Assembly (NCBI GenBank): GCA_964016885.1 | Contig: OZ024742.1 | Coordinates: 166,594,001-166,658,000 of the forward strand | Length of the DNA stretch: 64,000 bases | Source: Eledone cirrhosa | Taxonomy: Eukaryota | Direction: 5' to 3' | In this document: positions 27,890 to 42,200 of the stretch, piece by piece | Position numbering within the stretch: position 1 is the stretch's first letter | Layout: every line of letters starts with the position of its first letter | Translations under genes and position numbers: made by a program | Notes under the pieces: generated by a model | What the model was told of the DNA's origin: nothing | Seen by the model: only the letters and a program-made list of their open reading frames with translations | Databases searched by the model: none

Positions 27890-30230
27890 GGGGAGATAAT
27901 TTGTAAAAAAAATCAGGGGGAGATAATTAGTAAAAAAATCAAGGGGAGATAATTTCCAGCCGTCCAAGGGGAGGTAATATCTAGCCGTCCAAGGGGAGAT
28001 AATTTCCAGCCGTCCAAGGGGAGATAATTTCCAGCCGTCCAAGGGTAGATAATATCCAGCCGTCCAAGTAGACATATTTTCCAGCCGTCCAAGGAGAGGT
28101 AATTTCTAGCCGTCCAAGGGGAGATAAATTCCAGCCTCCAAGGGGAGATAATTTCCAGCCAGCCAAGGGGAGATAATTTGTAAAAAAATCAGGGGGAGAT
28201 AATTTGTAAAAAAAATCAGGGGGAGATAATTTGTAAAAAAAAATCAGGGGGAGATAATTTGTAAAAAAAAATCAGGGGGAGATAATTTGTAAAAAAAAAT
28301 CAGGGGGAGATAATTTGTAAAAAAAATCAAGGGGAGATAATTTCCAGCCGTCCAAGGGGAGATAATTTCCAGCCGTCCAAGGGGAGGTAATATCTAGCCG
28401 TCCAAGGGGAGATAATTTCCAGCCGTCCAAGAGGAGATAATTTCCAGCCGTCCAAGGGAAGATAATTTCAAGCCCTCCAAGGGGCTATAATTTCCAGTGT
28501 CCAAGGGGAGATAATTTCCAGCCAGCGAAGGGGAGATAATTTTTTTTTAAAAATCAGGGGGAGATTTGTAAAAAAAATCAGGGGGAGATAATATGTAAAA
28601 AAAATCAAGGGGAGATAATTTCCAGCCGTCGAAGGGAAGATAATTTCCAGCCCTCCAAGGGGCTATAATTTCCAGCGTCCAAGGGGAGATAATTTCCAGC
28701 CAGCGAAGGGGAGATAATTTTTTTAAAAAAATCATTGGGAGATTTGTAAAAAAAATCAGGGAGAGATAATTTGTAAAAAAAATCAAGGGGAGATAATTTC
28801 CAGCCGTCCAAGGGTAGGTAATATCTAGCCGTCCAAGGGGAGATAATTTCCAGCCGTCAAAGGGGAGATAATTTCCAGCCGTCCAAGGGTAGATAATATC
28901 CAGCCGTCCAAGTAGACATTTTCCAGCCGTCCAAGGAGAGGTAATTTCTAGCCGTCCAAGGGGAGATAAATTCCAGCCTCCAAGGGGAGATAATTTCCAG
29001 CCAGCCAAGGGGAGATAATTTGTAAAAAAATCAGGGGGAGATAATTTGTAAAAAAAATCAAGGGGAGATAATTTGTAAAAAAAATCAGGGGGAGATAATT
29101 AGTAAAAAAATCAAGGGGAGATAATTTCCAGCCGTCCAAGGGGAGGTAATATCTAGCCGTCCAAGGGGAGATAATTTCCAGCCGTCCAAGGGGAGATAAT
29201 TTCCAGCCGTCCAAGGGTAGATAATATCCAGCCGTCCAAGTAGACATATTTTCCAGCCGTCCAAGGAGAGGTAATTTCTAGCCGTCCAAGGGGAGATAAA
29301 TTCCAGCCTCCAAGGGGAGATAATTTCCAGCCAGCCAAGGGGAGATAATTTGTAAAAAAATCAGGGGGAGATAATTTGTAAAAAAAATCAGGGGGAGATA
29401 ATTTGTAAAAAAAAATCAGGGGGTGATAATTTGTAAAAAAAAATCAGGGGGAGATAATTTGTAAAAAAAAATCAGGGGGAGATAATTTGTAAAAAAAATC
29501 AAGGGGAGATAATTTCCAGCCGTCCAAGGGGAGATAATTTCCAGCCGTCCAAGGGGAGGTAATATCTAGCCGTCCAAGGGGAGATAATTTCCAGCCGTCC
29601 AAGAGGAGATAATTTCCAGCCGTCCAAGGGAAGATAATTTCAAGCCCTCCAAGGGGCTATAATTTCCAGTGTCCAAGGGGAGATAATTTCCAGCCAGCGA
29701 AGGGGAGATAATTTTTTTTTAAAAATCAGGGGGAGATTTGTAAAAAAAATCAGGGGGAGATAATATGTAAAAAAAATCAAGGGGAGATAATTTCCAGCCG
29801 TCGAAGGGAAGATAATTTCCAGCCCTCCAAGGGGCTATAATTTCCAGCGTCCAAGGGGAGATAATTTCCAGCCAGCGAAGGGGAGATAATTTTTTTAAAA
29901 AAATCATTGGGAGATTTGTAAAAAAAATCAGGGAGAGATAATTTGTAAAAAAAATCAAGGGGAGATAATTTCCAGCCGTCCAAGGGGAGGTAATATCTAG
30001 CCGTCCAAGGGGAGATAATTTCCAGCCGTCAAAGGGGAGATAATTTCCAGCCGTCCAAGGGTAGATAATATCCAGCCGTCCAAGTAGACATTTTCCAGCC
30101 GTCCAAGGAGAGGTAATTTCTAGCCGTCCAAGGGGAGATAAATTCCAGCCTCCAAGGGGAGATAATTTCCAGCCAGCCAAGGGGAGATAATTTGTAAAAA
30201 AATCAGGGGGAGATAATTTGTAAAAAAAAT
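27890..30230 (+). repeat. Local 1172-bp tandem duplication (approximate ends)
   Basis: ORF pairs 27981/29153, 28547/29719 and 28605/29777 are all offset by 1172 bp. Confidence 0.85.
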
Positions 30231-33200
30231 CAGGGGGAGATAATTTGTAAAAAAAATCAGGGGGAGATAATTTGTAAAAAAAAATCAGGGGGAGATAATT
30301 TGTAAAAAAAATCAAGGGGAGATAATTTGCAGCCGTCCAAGGGGAGATAATTTTCAGCCGTCCAAGGAGAGGTAATTTCTAGCCGTCCAAGGTGAGATAA
30401 TATCCAGCCGTCCAAGGGGAGATAATTTCCAGCCGTACAAGGGGAGATAATTTAAAAAAAAAAACAGGCGAAGATAATTTGTAAAAAAAAAATCAGGGGG
30501 AGATAATTTGTAAAAAAAAATCAGGGGGAGATAATTTGTAAAAAAAAATCAGGGGGAGATAATTTGTAAAAAAAATCAAGGGGAGATAATTTCCAGCCGT
30601 CCAAGGGGAGATAATTTCCAGCCGTCCAAGGGGAGATAATTTTTTTAAAAAAATCAGGCGGAGATAATTTGTAAAAAAAATCAGGGGGAGGTAAAAAAAA
30701 ATCAGGGGGAGATAATTTGTAAAAAAAAATCAGGGGGAGATAATTTTTAAAAAAAAAATCAGGGGGAGATAATTTGTAAAAAAAAAATCAGGGGGAGATA
30801 ATTTGTAAAAAAAATCAGGGGGAGATAATTTGTAAAAAAAAATCAGGGGTAGATAATTTGTAAAAAAAAATCAGGGGGAGATAATTTGTAAAAAAAATCA
30901 GGGGGAGATAATTTGTAAAAAAAATCAAGGGGAGATAATTTCCAGCCGTCCAAGGGAAGATAATTTCAAGCCCTCCAAGGGGCTATAATTTCCAGTGTCC
31001 AAGGGGAGATAATTTCCAGCCAGCGAAGGGGAGATAATTTTTTTTTAAAAATCAGGGGGAGATTTGTAAAAAAAATCAGGGGGAGATAATTTGTAAAAAA
31101 AATCAAAGGGAGATAATTTCCAGCCGTCCAAAGAGAGATAATTTCTAGCCGTCCAAGGGGAGATAATTTCGAGCCAAGGGGAGATAATTTCCAGCCGTCC
31201 AAGGGGAGATAATTTTTTAAAAAATCAGGTGGAGATAATTTGTAAAAAAAATCAGGGGGAGATAATTTGTAAAAACAAAATCAAGGGCAGATAATTTCCA
31301 GCTGTCCAAGGGGAGATAATTTCCAGCCGTGCAAGGGGAGATAATTTCCAGCCGTCCAAGGGGAGATAATTTCCATCCTTCCAAGGGGAGATAATTTCCA
31401 GCCGTCCAAGGGGAGATAATTTCCCGCCAGCCAAGGGAAGATAATTTTTTAAAAAATCAGGCGGAGATTGTAAAAAAAATCAGGGGGAGATAATTTGTAA
31501 AAAAATCAGGGGGAGATAATTTGTAAAAAAATCAAGGGGAGATAATTTCCAGCTGTCCAAGGGGAGGTAATATCTAGCCGTCCAAGGGGAGATAATTTCC
31601 AGCCGTCCAAGGGGAGATAATTTCCAGCCGTCCAAGGGTAGATAATATCCAGCCGTCCAAGGAGACATATTTTCCAGCCCTCCAAGGAGAGGTAATTTCT
31701 AGCCGTCCAAGTGGAGATAAATTCCAGCCTCCAAGGGGAGATAATTTCCAGCCAGCCAAGGGGAGATAATTTGTAAAAAAATCAGGGGGAGATAATTTGT
31801 AAAAAAAATTAGGGGGAGATAATTTGTAAAAAAAAATCAGGGGGAGATAATTTGTAAAAAAAATCAGGGGGAGATAATTTGTAAAAAAAATCAAGGGGAG
31901 ATAATTTCCAGCCGTCCAAGGGGAGATAATTTTCAGCCGTCCAAGGGGAGATAATTTCCCGCCAGCCAAGGGAAGATAATATTTAAAAAATGAGGCGGAG
32001 ATAATTTGTAAAAAAAATCAGGGGGAGATAATTTGTAAAAAAATCAGGGGGAGATAATTTGTAAAAAAAAATCAGGGGGAGATAATTTGTAAAAAAAATT
32101 AGGGGGAGATAATTTGTAAAAAAAAATCAGGGGTAGATAATTTGTAAAAAAAAATCAGGGGGAGATAATTTGTAAAAAAAATCAGGGGGAGATAATTTGT
32201 AAAAAAAATCAAGGGGAGATAATTTCCAGCCGTCCAAGGAGAGATAATTTAAAAAAAAAATCAGGCGGAGATAATTTGTAAAAAAAAATCAGGGGGAGAT
32301 AATTTGTAAAAAAAAATCAGGGGGAGATAATTTGTAAAAAAAATCAAGGGGAGATAATTTCCAGCCGTCCAAGGGGAGATAATTTTCAGCCGTCCAAGGG
32401 GAGATAATTTCCAGCCGTCCAAGGGGAGATAATTTAAAAAAAAAATCAGGCGGAGATAATTTGTAAAAAAAATCAAGGGGAGATAATTTGCAACCGTCCA
32501 AGGGGACATAATTTTCAGTCGTCCAAGGAGAGGTAATTTCTAGCCGTCCAAGGGGAGATAATTTCCAGCCGTCCAAGGGGAGATAATTTCCAGCCGTCCA
32601 AGGGGAGATAATTTTTTTTTTAAAATCAGGCGGAGATAATTTGTAAAAAAAAAATCAGGGGGAGATAATTTGTAAAAAAAAATCAGGGGGAGATAATTTG
32701 TAAAAAAAAAATCAGGGGGAGATAATTTGTAAGAAAAATCAAGGGGAGATAATTTCCAGCCGTCCAAGGGAAGATAATTTCCAGCCCTCCAAGGGGCTAT
32801 AATTTCCAGCGTCCAAGGGGAGATAATTTCCAGCCAGCGAAGGGGAGATAATTGTTTTAAAAAAATCATTGGGAGATTTGTAAAAAAAATCAGGGGGAGA
32901 TAATTAATAAAAAAAATCAAGGGGAGATAATTCCAGCCGTCCAAGGGGAGGTAATATCTAGCCGTCCAAGGGGAGATAATTTCCAGCCGTCCAAGGGGAG
33001 ATAATTTCCAGCCGTCCAAGGGTAGATAATATCCAGCCGTCCAAGGAGACATATTTTCCAGCCGTCCAAGGAGAGGTAATTTCTAGCCGTCCAAGGGGAG
33101 ATAAATTCCAGCCTCCAAGGGGAGATAATTTCCAGCCAGCCAAGGGGAGATAATTTGTAAAAAAATCAGGGGGAGATAATTTGTAAAAAAAGTCAGGGGT

Positions 33201-36200
33201 AGATAATTTGTAAAAAAAAATCAGGGGGAGATAATTTGTAAAAAAAAATCAGGGGGAGATAATTTGTAAAAAAAATCAAGGGGAGATAATTTCCAGCCGT
33301 CCAAGGAGAGATAATTTTTAAAAAAAAATCAGGCGGAGATAATTTGTAAAAAAAAATCAGGGGGAGATAATTTGTAAAAAAAAATAAGGGGGAGATAATT
33401 TGTAAAAGAAATCAAGGGGAGATAATTTCCAGCCGTCCAAGGGGAGATAATTTCCAGCCGTCCAAGGGGAGATAAATTTTTTAAAAAAATCAGGCGGAGA
33501 TAATTTGTAAAAAAAATCAGGGGGAGATAATTTGTAAAAAAAAATCAGGGGGAGATAATTTGTAAAAAAAAATCAGGGGGAGATAATTTCCAGCCGTCCA
33601 AGGTAAGATAATTTCCAGCCCTCCAAGGGGCTATAATTTCCAGCATCCAAGGGGAGATAATTTCCAGCCGTCCAAGGGTAGATAATATCCAGCCGTCCAA
33701 GTAGACATATTTTCCAGCCGTCCAAGGAGAGGTAATTTCTAGCCGTCCAAGGGGAGATAAATTCCAGCCTCCAAGGGGAGATAATTTCCAGCCAGCCAAG
33801 GGGAGATAATTTGTAAAAAAATCAGGGGGAGATAATTTGTAAAAAAAATCAGGGAGATAATTTGTAAAAAAAAATCAGGGGGAGATAATTTGTAAAAAAA
33901 AATCAGGGGGAGATAATTTCCAGCCGTCCAAGGGGAGATAATTTTCAGCCGTCCAAGGGTAGATAATATCCAGCCGTCCAAGTAGACATTTTCCAGCCGT
34001 CCAAGGAGAGGTAATTTCTAGCCGTCCAAGGGGAGATAAATTCCAGCCTCCAAGGGGAGATAATTTCCAGCCAGCCAAGGGGAGATAATTTGTAAAAAAA
34101 TCAGGGGGAGATAATTTGTAAAAAAAATCAGGGGGAGATAATTTGTAAAAAAAATCAGGGGGAGATAATTTTTAAAAAAAAAATCAGGGGGAGATAATTT
34201 GTAAAAAAAAATCAGGGGGAGATAATTTGTAAAAAAAATCAAGGGGAGATAATTTCCAGCCGTCCAAGGGGAGATAATTTTCAGCCGTCCAAGGGGAGAT
34301 AATTTCCAGACGTCCAAGGGGAGATAATTTCCATCCTTCCAAGGGGAGATAATTTCCAGCCTTCCAAGGGGAGATAATTTTCAGCCGTCCAAGGGGAGAT
34401 AATTTCCCGCCAGCCAAGGGAAGATAATATTTTAAAAAATCAGGCGGAGATAATTTGTAAAAAAAATCAGGGGGAGATAATTTGTAAAAAAATCAGGGGG
34501 AGATAATTTGTAAAAAAAAAATCAGGGGGAGATAATTTGTAAAAAAAATCAGGGGGAGATAATTTGTAAAAAAAAATCAGGGGTAGATAATTTGTAAAAA
34601 AAAATCAGGGGGAGATAATTTGTAAAAAAAAAATCAGGGGGAGATAATTTGTAAAAAAAATCAAGGGGAGATAATTTCCAGCCGTCCAAGGAGAGATAAT
34701 TTTTAAAAAAAATCAGGCGGAGATAATTTGTAAAAAAAAATCAAGGGGAGATAATTTGTAAAAAAAAATCAGGGGGAGATAATTTGTAAAAAAATCAAGG
34801 GGAGATAATTTCCAGCCGTCCAAGGGAAGATAATTTCCAGCACTCCAAGGGGCTATAATTTCCAGTGTCCAAGGGGAGATAATTTCCAGCCAGCGAAGGG
34901 GAGATAATTTTTTTAAAAAAATCAGGGGGAGATATGTAAAAAAAATCAGAGGGAGATAATTTCTAAAAAAAATCAAAGGGAGATAATTTCCAGCCGTCCA
35001 AAGAGAGATAATTTCTAGCCGTCCAAGGGGAGATAATTTCCAGCCAAGGGGAGATAATTTCCAGCCGTCCAAGGGGAGATAATTATTTAAAAAATCAGGT
35101 GGAGATAATTTGTAAAAAAAATCAGGGGGAGATAATTTGTAAAAACAAAATCAAGGGCAGATAATTTCCAGCTGTCCAAGGGGAGATAATTTCCAGCCGT
35201 GCAAGGGGAGATAATTTCCAGCCGTCCAAGGGGAGATAATTTCCATCCTTCCAAGGGGAGATAATCTCCAGCCGTCCAAGGGGAGATAATTTCCCGCCAG
35301 CCAAGGGAAGATAATTTTTAAAAAAATCAGGCGGAGATTGTAAAAAAAATCAGGGGGAGATAATTTGTAAAAAAATCAGGGGGAGATAATTTGTAAAAAA
35401 AAAATCAGGGGAGATAATTTGTAAAAAAAAATCAGGGGGAGATAATTTGTAAAAAAAAAATCAGGGGGAGATAATTTGTAAAAAAAATCAGGGGGAGATA
35501 ATTTGTAAAAAAAATCAGGGGGAGATAATTTGTAAAAAAAAATCAGGGGTAGATAATTTGTAAAAAAAAATCAGGGGGAGATAATTTGTAAAAAAAAAAT
35601 CAGGGGGAGATAATTTGTAAAAAAAATCAAGGGGAGATAATTTCCAGCCGTCCAAGGAGAGATAATTTTTAAAAAAAATCAGGCGGAGATAATTTGTAAA
35701 AAAAAATCAAGGGGAGATAATTTGTAAAAAAAAATCAGGGGGAGATAATTTGTAAAAAAATCAAGGGGAGATAATTTCCAGCCGTCCAAGGGAAGATAAT
35801 TTCCAGCACTCCAAGGGGCTATAATTTCCAGTGTCCAAGGGGAGATAATTTCCAGCCAGCGAAGGGGAGATAATTTTTTTAAAAAAATCAGGGGGAGATA
35901 TGTAAAAAAAATCAGAGGGAGATAATTTCTAAAAAAAATCAAAGGGAGATAATTTCCAGCCGTCCAAAGAGAGATAATTTCTAGCCGTCCAAGGGGAGAT
36001 AATTTCCAGCCAAGGGGAGATAATTTCCAGCCGTCCAAGGGGAGATAATTTCCAGCCGTCCAAGGGGAGATAGTTTTTTTAAAAAAATCAGGCGGAGATA
36101 ATTTGTAAAAAAAAAATCAGGGGGAGATAATTTGTAAAAAAAATCAGGGGGAGATAATTAGTAAAAAAATCAAGGGGAGATAATTTCCAGCCGTCCAAGG

Positions 36201-39200
36201 GGAGGTAATATCTAGCCGTCCAAGGGGAGATAATTTCCAGCCGTCCAAGGGGAGATAATTTCCAGCCGTCCAAGGGTAGATAATATCCAGCCGTCCAAGT
36301 AGACATATTTTCCAGCCGTCCAAGGAGAGGTAATTTCTAGCCGTCCAAGGGGAGATAAATTCCAGCCTCCAAGGGGAGATAATTTCCAGCCAGCCAAGGG
36401 GAGATAATTTGTAAAAAAATCAGGGGGAGATAATTTGTAAAAAAAATCAGGGGGAGATAATTTGTAAAAAAAAATCAGGGGGAGATAATTTGTAAAAAAA
36501 AATCAGGGGGAGATAATTTGTAAAAAAAAATCAGGGGGAGATAATTTGTAAAAAAAATCAAGGGGAGATAATTTCCAGCCGTCCAAGGGGAGATAATTTC
36601 CAGCCGTCCAAGGGGAGGTAATATCTAGCCGTCCAAGGGGAGATAATTTCCAGCCGTCCAAGAGGAGATAATTTCCAGCCGTCCAAGGGAAGATAATTTC
36701 AAGCCCTCCAAGGGGCTATAATTTCCAGTGTCCAAGGGGAGATAATTTCCAGCCAGCGAAGGGGAGATAATTTTTTTTTAAAAATCAGGGGGAGATTTGT
36801 AAAAAAAATCAGGGGGAGATAATATGTAAAAAAAATCAAGGGGACATAATTTCCAGCCGTCGAAGGGAAGATAATTTCCAGCCCTCCAAGGGGCTATAAT
36901 TTCCAGCGTCCAAGGGGAGATAATTTCCAGCCAGCGAAGGGGAGATAATTTTTTTAAAAAAATCATTGGGAGATTTGTAAAAAAAATCAGGGAGAGATAA
37001 TTTGTAAAAAAAATCAAGGGGAGATAATTTCCAGCCGTCCAAGGGGAGGTAATATCTAGCCGTCCAAGGGGAGATAATTTCCAGCCGTCAAAGGGGAGAT
37101 AATTTCCAGCCGTCCAAGGGTAGATAATATCCAGCCGTCCAAGTAGACATTTTCCAGCCGTCCAAGGAGAGGTAATTTCTAGCCGTCCAAGGGGAGATAA
37201 ATTCCAGCCTCCAAGGGGAGATAATTTCCAGCCAGCCAAGGGGAGATAATTTGTAAAAAAATCAGGGGGAGATAATTTGTAAAAAAAATCAGGGGGAGAT
37301 AATTTGTAAAAAAAATCAGGGGGAGATAATTTGTAAAAAAAAATCAGGGGGAGATAATTTGTAAAAAAAATCAAGGGGAGATAATTTGCAGCCGTCCAAG
37401 GGGAGATAATTTTCAGCCGTCCAAGGAGAGGTAATTTCTAGCCGTCCAAGGTGAGATAATATCCAGCCGTCCAAGGGGAGATAATTTCCAGCCGTACAAG
37501 GGGAGATAATTTAAAAAAAAAAACAGGCGAAGATAATTTGTAAAAAAAAAATCAGGGGGAGATAATTTGTAAAAAAAAATCAGGGGGAGATAATTTGTAA
37601 AAAAAAATCAGGGGGAGATAATTTGTAAAAAAAATCAAGGGGAGATAATTTCCAGCCGTCCAAGGGGAGATAATTTCCAGCCGTCCAAGGGGAGATAATT
37701 TTTTTAAAAAAATCAGGCGGAGATAATTTGTAAAAAAAATCAGGGGGAGGTAAAAAAAAATCAGGGGGAGATAATTTGTAAAAAAAAATCAGGGGGAGAT
37801 AATTTTTAAAAAAAAAATCAGGGGGAGATAATTTGTAAAAAAAAAATCAGGGGGAGATAATTTGTAAAAAAAATCAGGGGGAGATAATTTGTAAAAAAAA
37901 ATCAGGGGTAGATAATTTGTAAAAAAAAATCAGGGGGAGATAATTTGTAAAAAAAATCAGGGGGAGATAATTTGTAAAAAAAATCAAGGGGAGATAATTT
38001 CCAGCCGTCCAAGGGAAGATAATTTCAAGCCCTCCAAGGGGCTATAATTTCCAGTGTCCAAGGGGAGATAATTTCCAGCCAGCGAAGGGGAGATAATTTT
38101 TTTTTAAAAATCAGGGGGAGATTTGTAAAAAAAATCAGGGGGAGATAATTTGTAAAAAAAATCAAAGGGAGATAATTTCCAGCCGTCCAAAGAGAGATAA
38201 TTTCTAGCCGTCCAAGGGGAGATAATTTCGAGCCAAGGGGAGATAATTTCCAGCCGTCCAAGGGGAGATAATTTTTTAAAAAATCAGGTGGAGATAATTT
38301 GTAAAAAAAATCAGGGGGAGATAATTTGTAAAAACAAAATCAAGGGCAGATAATTTCCAGCTGTCCAAGGGGAGATAATTTCCAGCCGTGCAAGGGGAGA
38401 TAATTTCCAGCCGTCCAAGGGGAGATAATTTCCATCCTTCCAAGGGGAGATAATTTCCAGCCGTCCAAGGGGAGATAATTTCCCGCCAGCCAAGGGAAGA
38501 TAATTTTTTAAAAAATCAGGCGGAGATTGTAAAAAAAATCAGGGGGAGATAATTTGTAAAAAAATCAGGGGGAGATAATTTGTAAAAAAATCAAGGGGAG
38601 ATTATTTCCAGCTGTCCAAGGGGAGGTAATATCTAGCCGTCCAAGGGGAGATAATTTCCAGCCGTCCAAGGGGAGATAATTTCCAGCCGTCCAAGGGTAG
38701 ATAATATCCAGCCGTCCAAGGAGACATTTTCCAGCCCTCCAAGGAGAGGTAATTTCTAGCCGTCCAAGTGGAGATAAATTCCAGCCTCCAAGGGGAGATA
38801 ATTTCCAGCCAGCCAAGGGGAGATAATTTGTAAAAAAATCAGGGGGAGATAATTTGTAAAAAAAATCAGGGGGAGATAATTTGTAAAAAAAAATCAGGGG
38901 GAGATAATTTGTAAAAAAAATCAGGGGGAGATAATTTGTAAAAAAAATCAAGGGGAGATAATTTCCAGCCGTCCAAGGGGAGATAATTTTCAGCCGTCCA
39001 AGGGGAGATAATTTCCCGCCAGCCAAGGGAAGATAATATTTAAAAAATGAGGCGGAGATAATTTGTAAAAAAAATCAGGGGGAGATAATTTGTAAAAAAA
39101 TCAGGGGGAGATAATTTGTAAAAAAAAATCAGGGGGAGATAATTTGTAAAAAAAATTAGGGGGAGATAATTTGTAAAAAAAAATCAGGGGTAGATAATTT

Positions 39201-42200
39201 GTAAAAAAAAATCAGGGGGAGATAATTTGTAAAAAAAATCAGGGGGAGATAATTTGTAAAAAAAATCAAGGGGAGATAATTTCCAGCCGTCCAAGGAGAG
39301 ATAATTTAAAAAAAAAATCAGGCGGAGATAATTTGTAAAAAAAAATCAGGGGGAGATAATTTGTAAAAAAAAATCAGGGGGAGATAATTTGTAAAAAAAA
39401 TCAAGGGGAGATAATTTCCAGCCGTCCAAGGGGAGATAATTTTCAGCCGTCCAAGGGGAGATAATTTCCAGCCGTCCAAGGGGAGATAATTTTTTTTTAA
39501 AAATCAGGCGGAGATAATTTGTAAAAAAAAAAATCAGGGGGAGATAATTTGTAAAAAAAAATCAGGGGGAGATAATTTGTAAAAAAAATCAAGGGGAGAT
39601 AATTTGCAACCGTCCAAGGGGACATAATTTTCAGTCGTCCAAGGAGAGGTAATTTCTAGCCGTCCAAGGGGAGATAATTTCCAGCCGTCCAAGGGGAGAT
39701 AATTTCCAGCCGTCCAAGGGGAGATAATTTTTTTTTAAAAATCAGGCGGAGATAATTTGTAAAAAAAAAATCAGGGGGAGATAATTTGTAAAAAAAAATC
39801 AGGGGGAGATAATTTGTAAAAAAAAATCAGGGGGAGATAATTTGTAAAAAAAATCAAGGGGAGATAATTTCCAGCCGTCCAAGGGAAGATAATTTCCAGC
39901 CCTCCAAGGGGCTATAATTTCCAGCGTCCAAGGGGAGATAATTTCCAGCCAGCGAAGGGGAGATAATTGTTTTAAAAAAATCATTGGGAGATTTGTAAAA
40001 AAAATCAGGGGGAGATAATTAATAAAAAAAATCAAGGGGAGATAATTCCAGCCGTCCAAGGGGAGGTAATATCTAGCCGTCCAAGGGGAGATAATTTCCA
40101 GCCGTCCAAGGGGAGATAATTTCCAGCCGTCCAAGGGTAGATAATATCCAGCCGTCCAAGGAGACATATTTTCCAGCCGTCCAAGGAGAGGTAATTTCTA
40201 GCCGTCCAAGGGGAGATAAATTCCAGCCTCCAAGGGGAGATAATTTCCAGCCAGCCAAGGGGAGATAATTTGTAAAAAAATCAGGGGGAGATAATTTGTA
40301 AAAAAAGTCAGGGGTAGATAATTTGTAAAAAAAAATCAGGGGGAGATAATTTGTAAAAAAAAATCAGGGGGAGATAATTTGTAAAAAAAATCAAGGGGAG
40401 ATAATTTCCAGCCGTCCAAGGAGAGATAATTTTAAAAAATCAGGCGGAGATAATTTGTAAAAAAAAAATCAGGGGGAGATAATTTGTAAAAAAAAATAAG
40501 GGGGAGATAATTTGTAAAAAAAATCAAGGGGAGATAATTTCCAGCCGTCCAAGGGGAGATAATTTCCAGCCGTCCAAGGGGAGATAAATTTTTTAAAAAA
40601 ATCAGGCGGAGATAATTTGTAAAAAAAATCAGGGGGAGATAATTTGTAAAAAAAAATCAGGGGGAGATAATTTGTAAAAAAAAATCAGGGGGAGATAATT
40701 TCCAGCCGTCCAAGGTAAGATAATTTCCAGCCCTCCAAGGGGCTATAATTTCCAGCATCCAAGGGGAGATAATTTCCAGCCGTCCAAGGGTAGATAATAT
40801 CCAGCCGTCCAAGTAGACATATTTTCCAGCCGTCCAAGGAGAGGTAATTTCTAGCCGTCCAAGGGGAGATAAATTCCAGCCTCCAAGGGGAGATAATTTC
40901 CAGCCAGCCAAGGGGAGATAATTTGTAAAAAAATCAGGGGGAGATAATTTATAAAAAAAATCAGGGGGAGATAATTTGTAAAAAAAAATCAGGGGGAGAT
41001 AATTTGTAAAAAAAAATCAGGGGGAGATAATTTCCAGCCGTCCAAGGGGAGATAATTTTCAGCCGTCCAAGGGTAGATAATATCCAGCCGTCCAAGTAGA
41101 CATTTTCCAGCCGTCCAAGGAGAGGTAATTTCTAGCCGTCCAAGGGGAGATAAATTCCAGCCTCCAAGGGGAGATAATTTCCAGCCAGCCAAGGGGAGAT
41201 AATTTGTAAAAAAAATCAGGGGGACATAATTTGTAAAAAAAAATCAGGGGGAGATAATTTGTAAAAAAAAAATCAGGGGGAGATAATTTGTAAAAAAAAA
41301 TCAGGGGGAGATAATTTGTAAAAAAAATCAAGGGGAGATAATTTCCAGCCGTCCAAGGGGAGATAATTTTCAGCCGTCCAAGGGGAGATAATTTCCAGAC
41401 GTCCAAGGGGAGATAATTTCCATCCTTCCAAGGGGAGATAATTTCCAGCCTTCCAAGGGGAGATAATTTTCAGCCGTCCAAGGGGAGATAATTTCCCGCC
41501 AGCCAAGGGAAGATAATATTTTAAAAAATCAGGCGGAGATAATTTGTAAAAAAAATCAGGGGGAGATAATTTGTAAAAAAATCAGGGGGAGATAATTTGT
41601 AAAAAAAAAATCAGGGGGAGATAATTTGTAAAAAAAATCAGGGGGAGATAATTTGTAAAAAAAAATCAGGGGTAGATAATTTGTAAAAAAAAATCAGGGG
41701 GAGATAATTTGTAAAAAAAAAATCAGGGCGAGATAATTTGTAAAAAAAATCAAGGGGAGATAATTTCCAGCCGTCCAAGGAGAGATAATTTTTAAAAAAA
41801 ATCAGGCGGACATAATTTGTAAAAAAAAATCAAGGGGAGATAATTTGTAAAAAAAAATCAGGGGGAGATAATTTGTAAAAAAATCAAGGGGAGATAATTT
41901 CCAGCCGTCCAAGGGAAGATAATTTCCAGCACTCCAAGGGGCTATAATTTCCAGTGTCCAAGGGGAGATAATTTCCAGCCAGCGAAGGGGAGATAATTTT
42001 TTTTAAAAAATCAGGGGGAGATATGTAAAAAAAATCAGAGGGAGATAATTTCTAAAAAAAATCAAAGGGAGATAATTTCCAGCCGTCCAAAGAGAGATAA
42101 TTTCTAGCCGTCCAAGGGGAGATAATTTCCAGCCAAGGGGAGATAATTTCCAGCCGTCCAAGGGGAGATAATTATTTAAAAAATCAGGTGGAGATAATTT

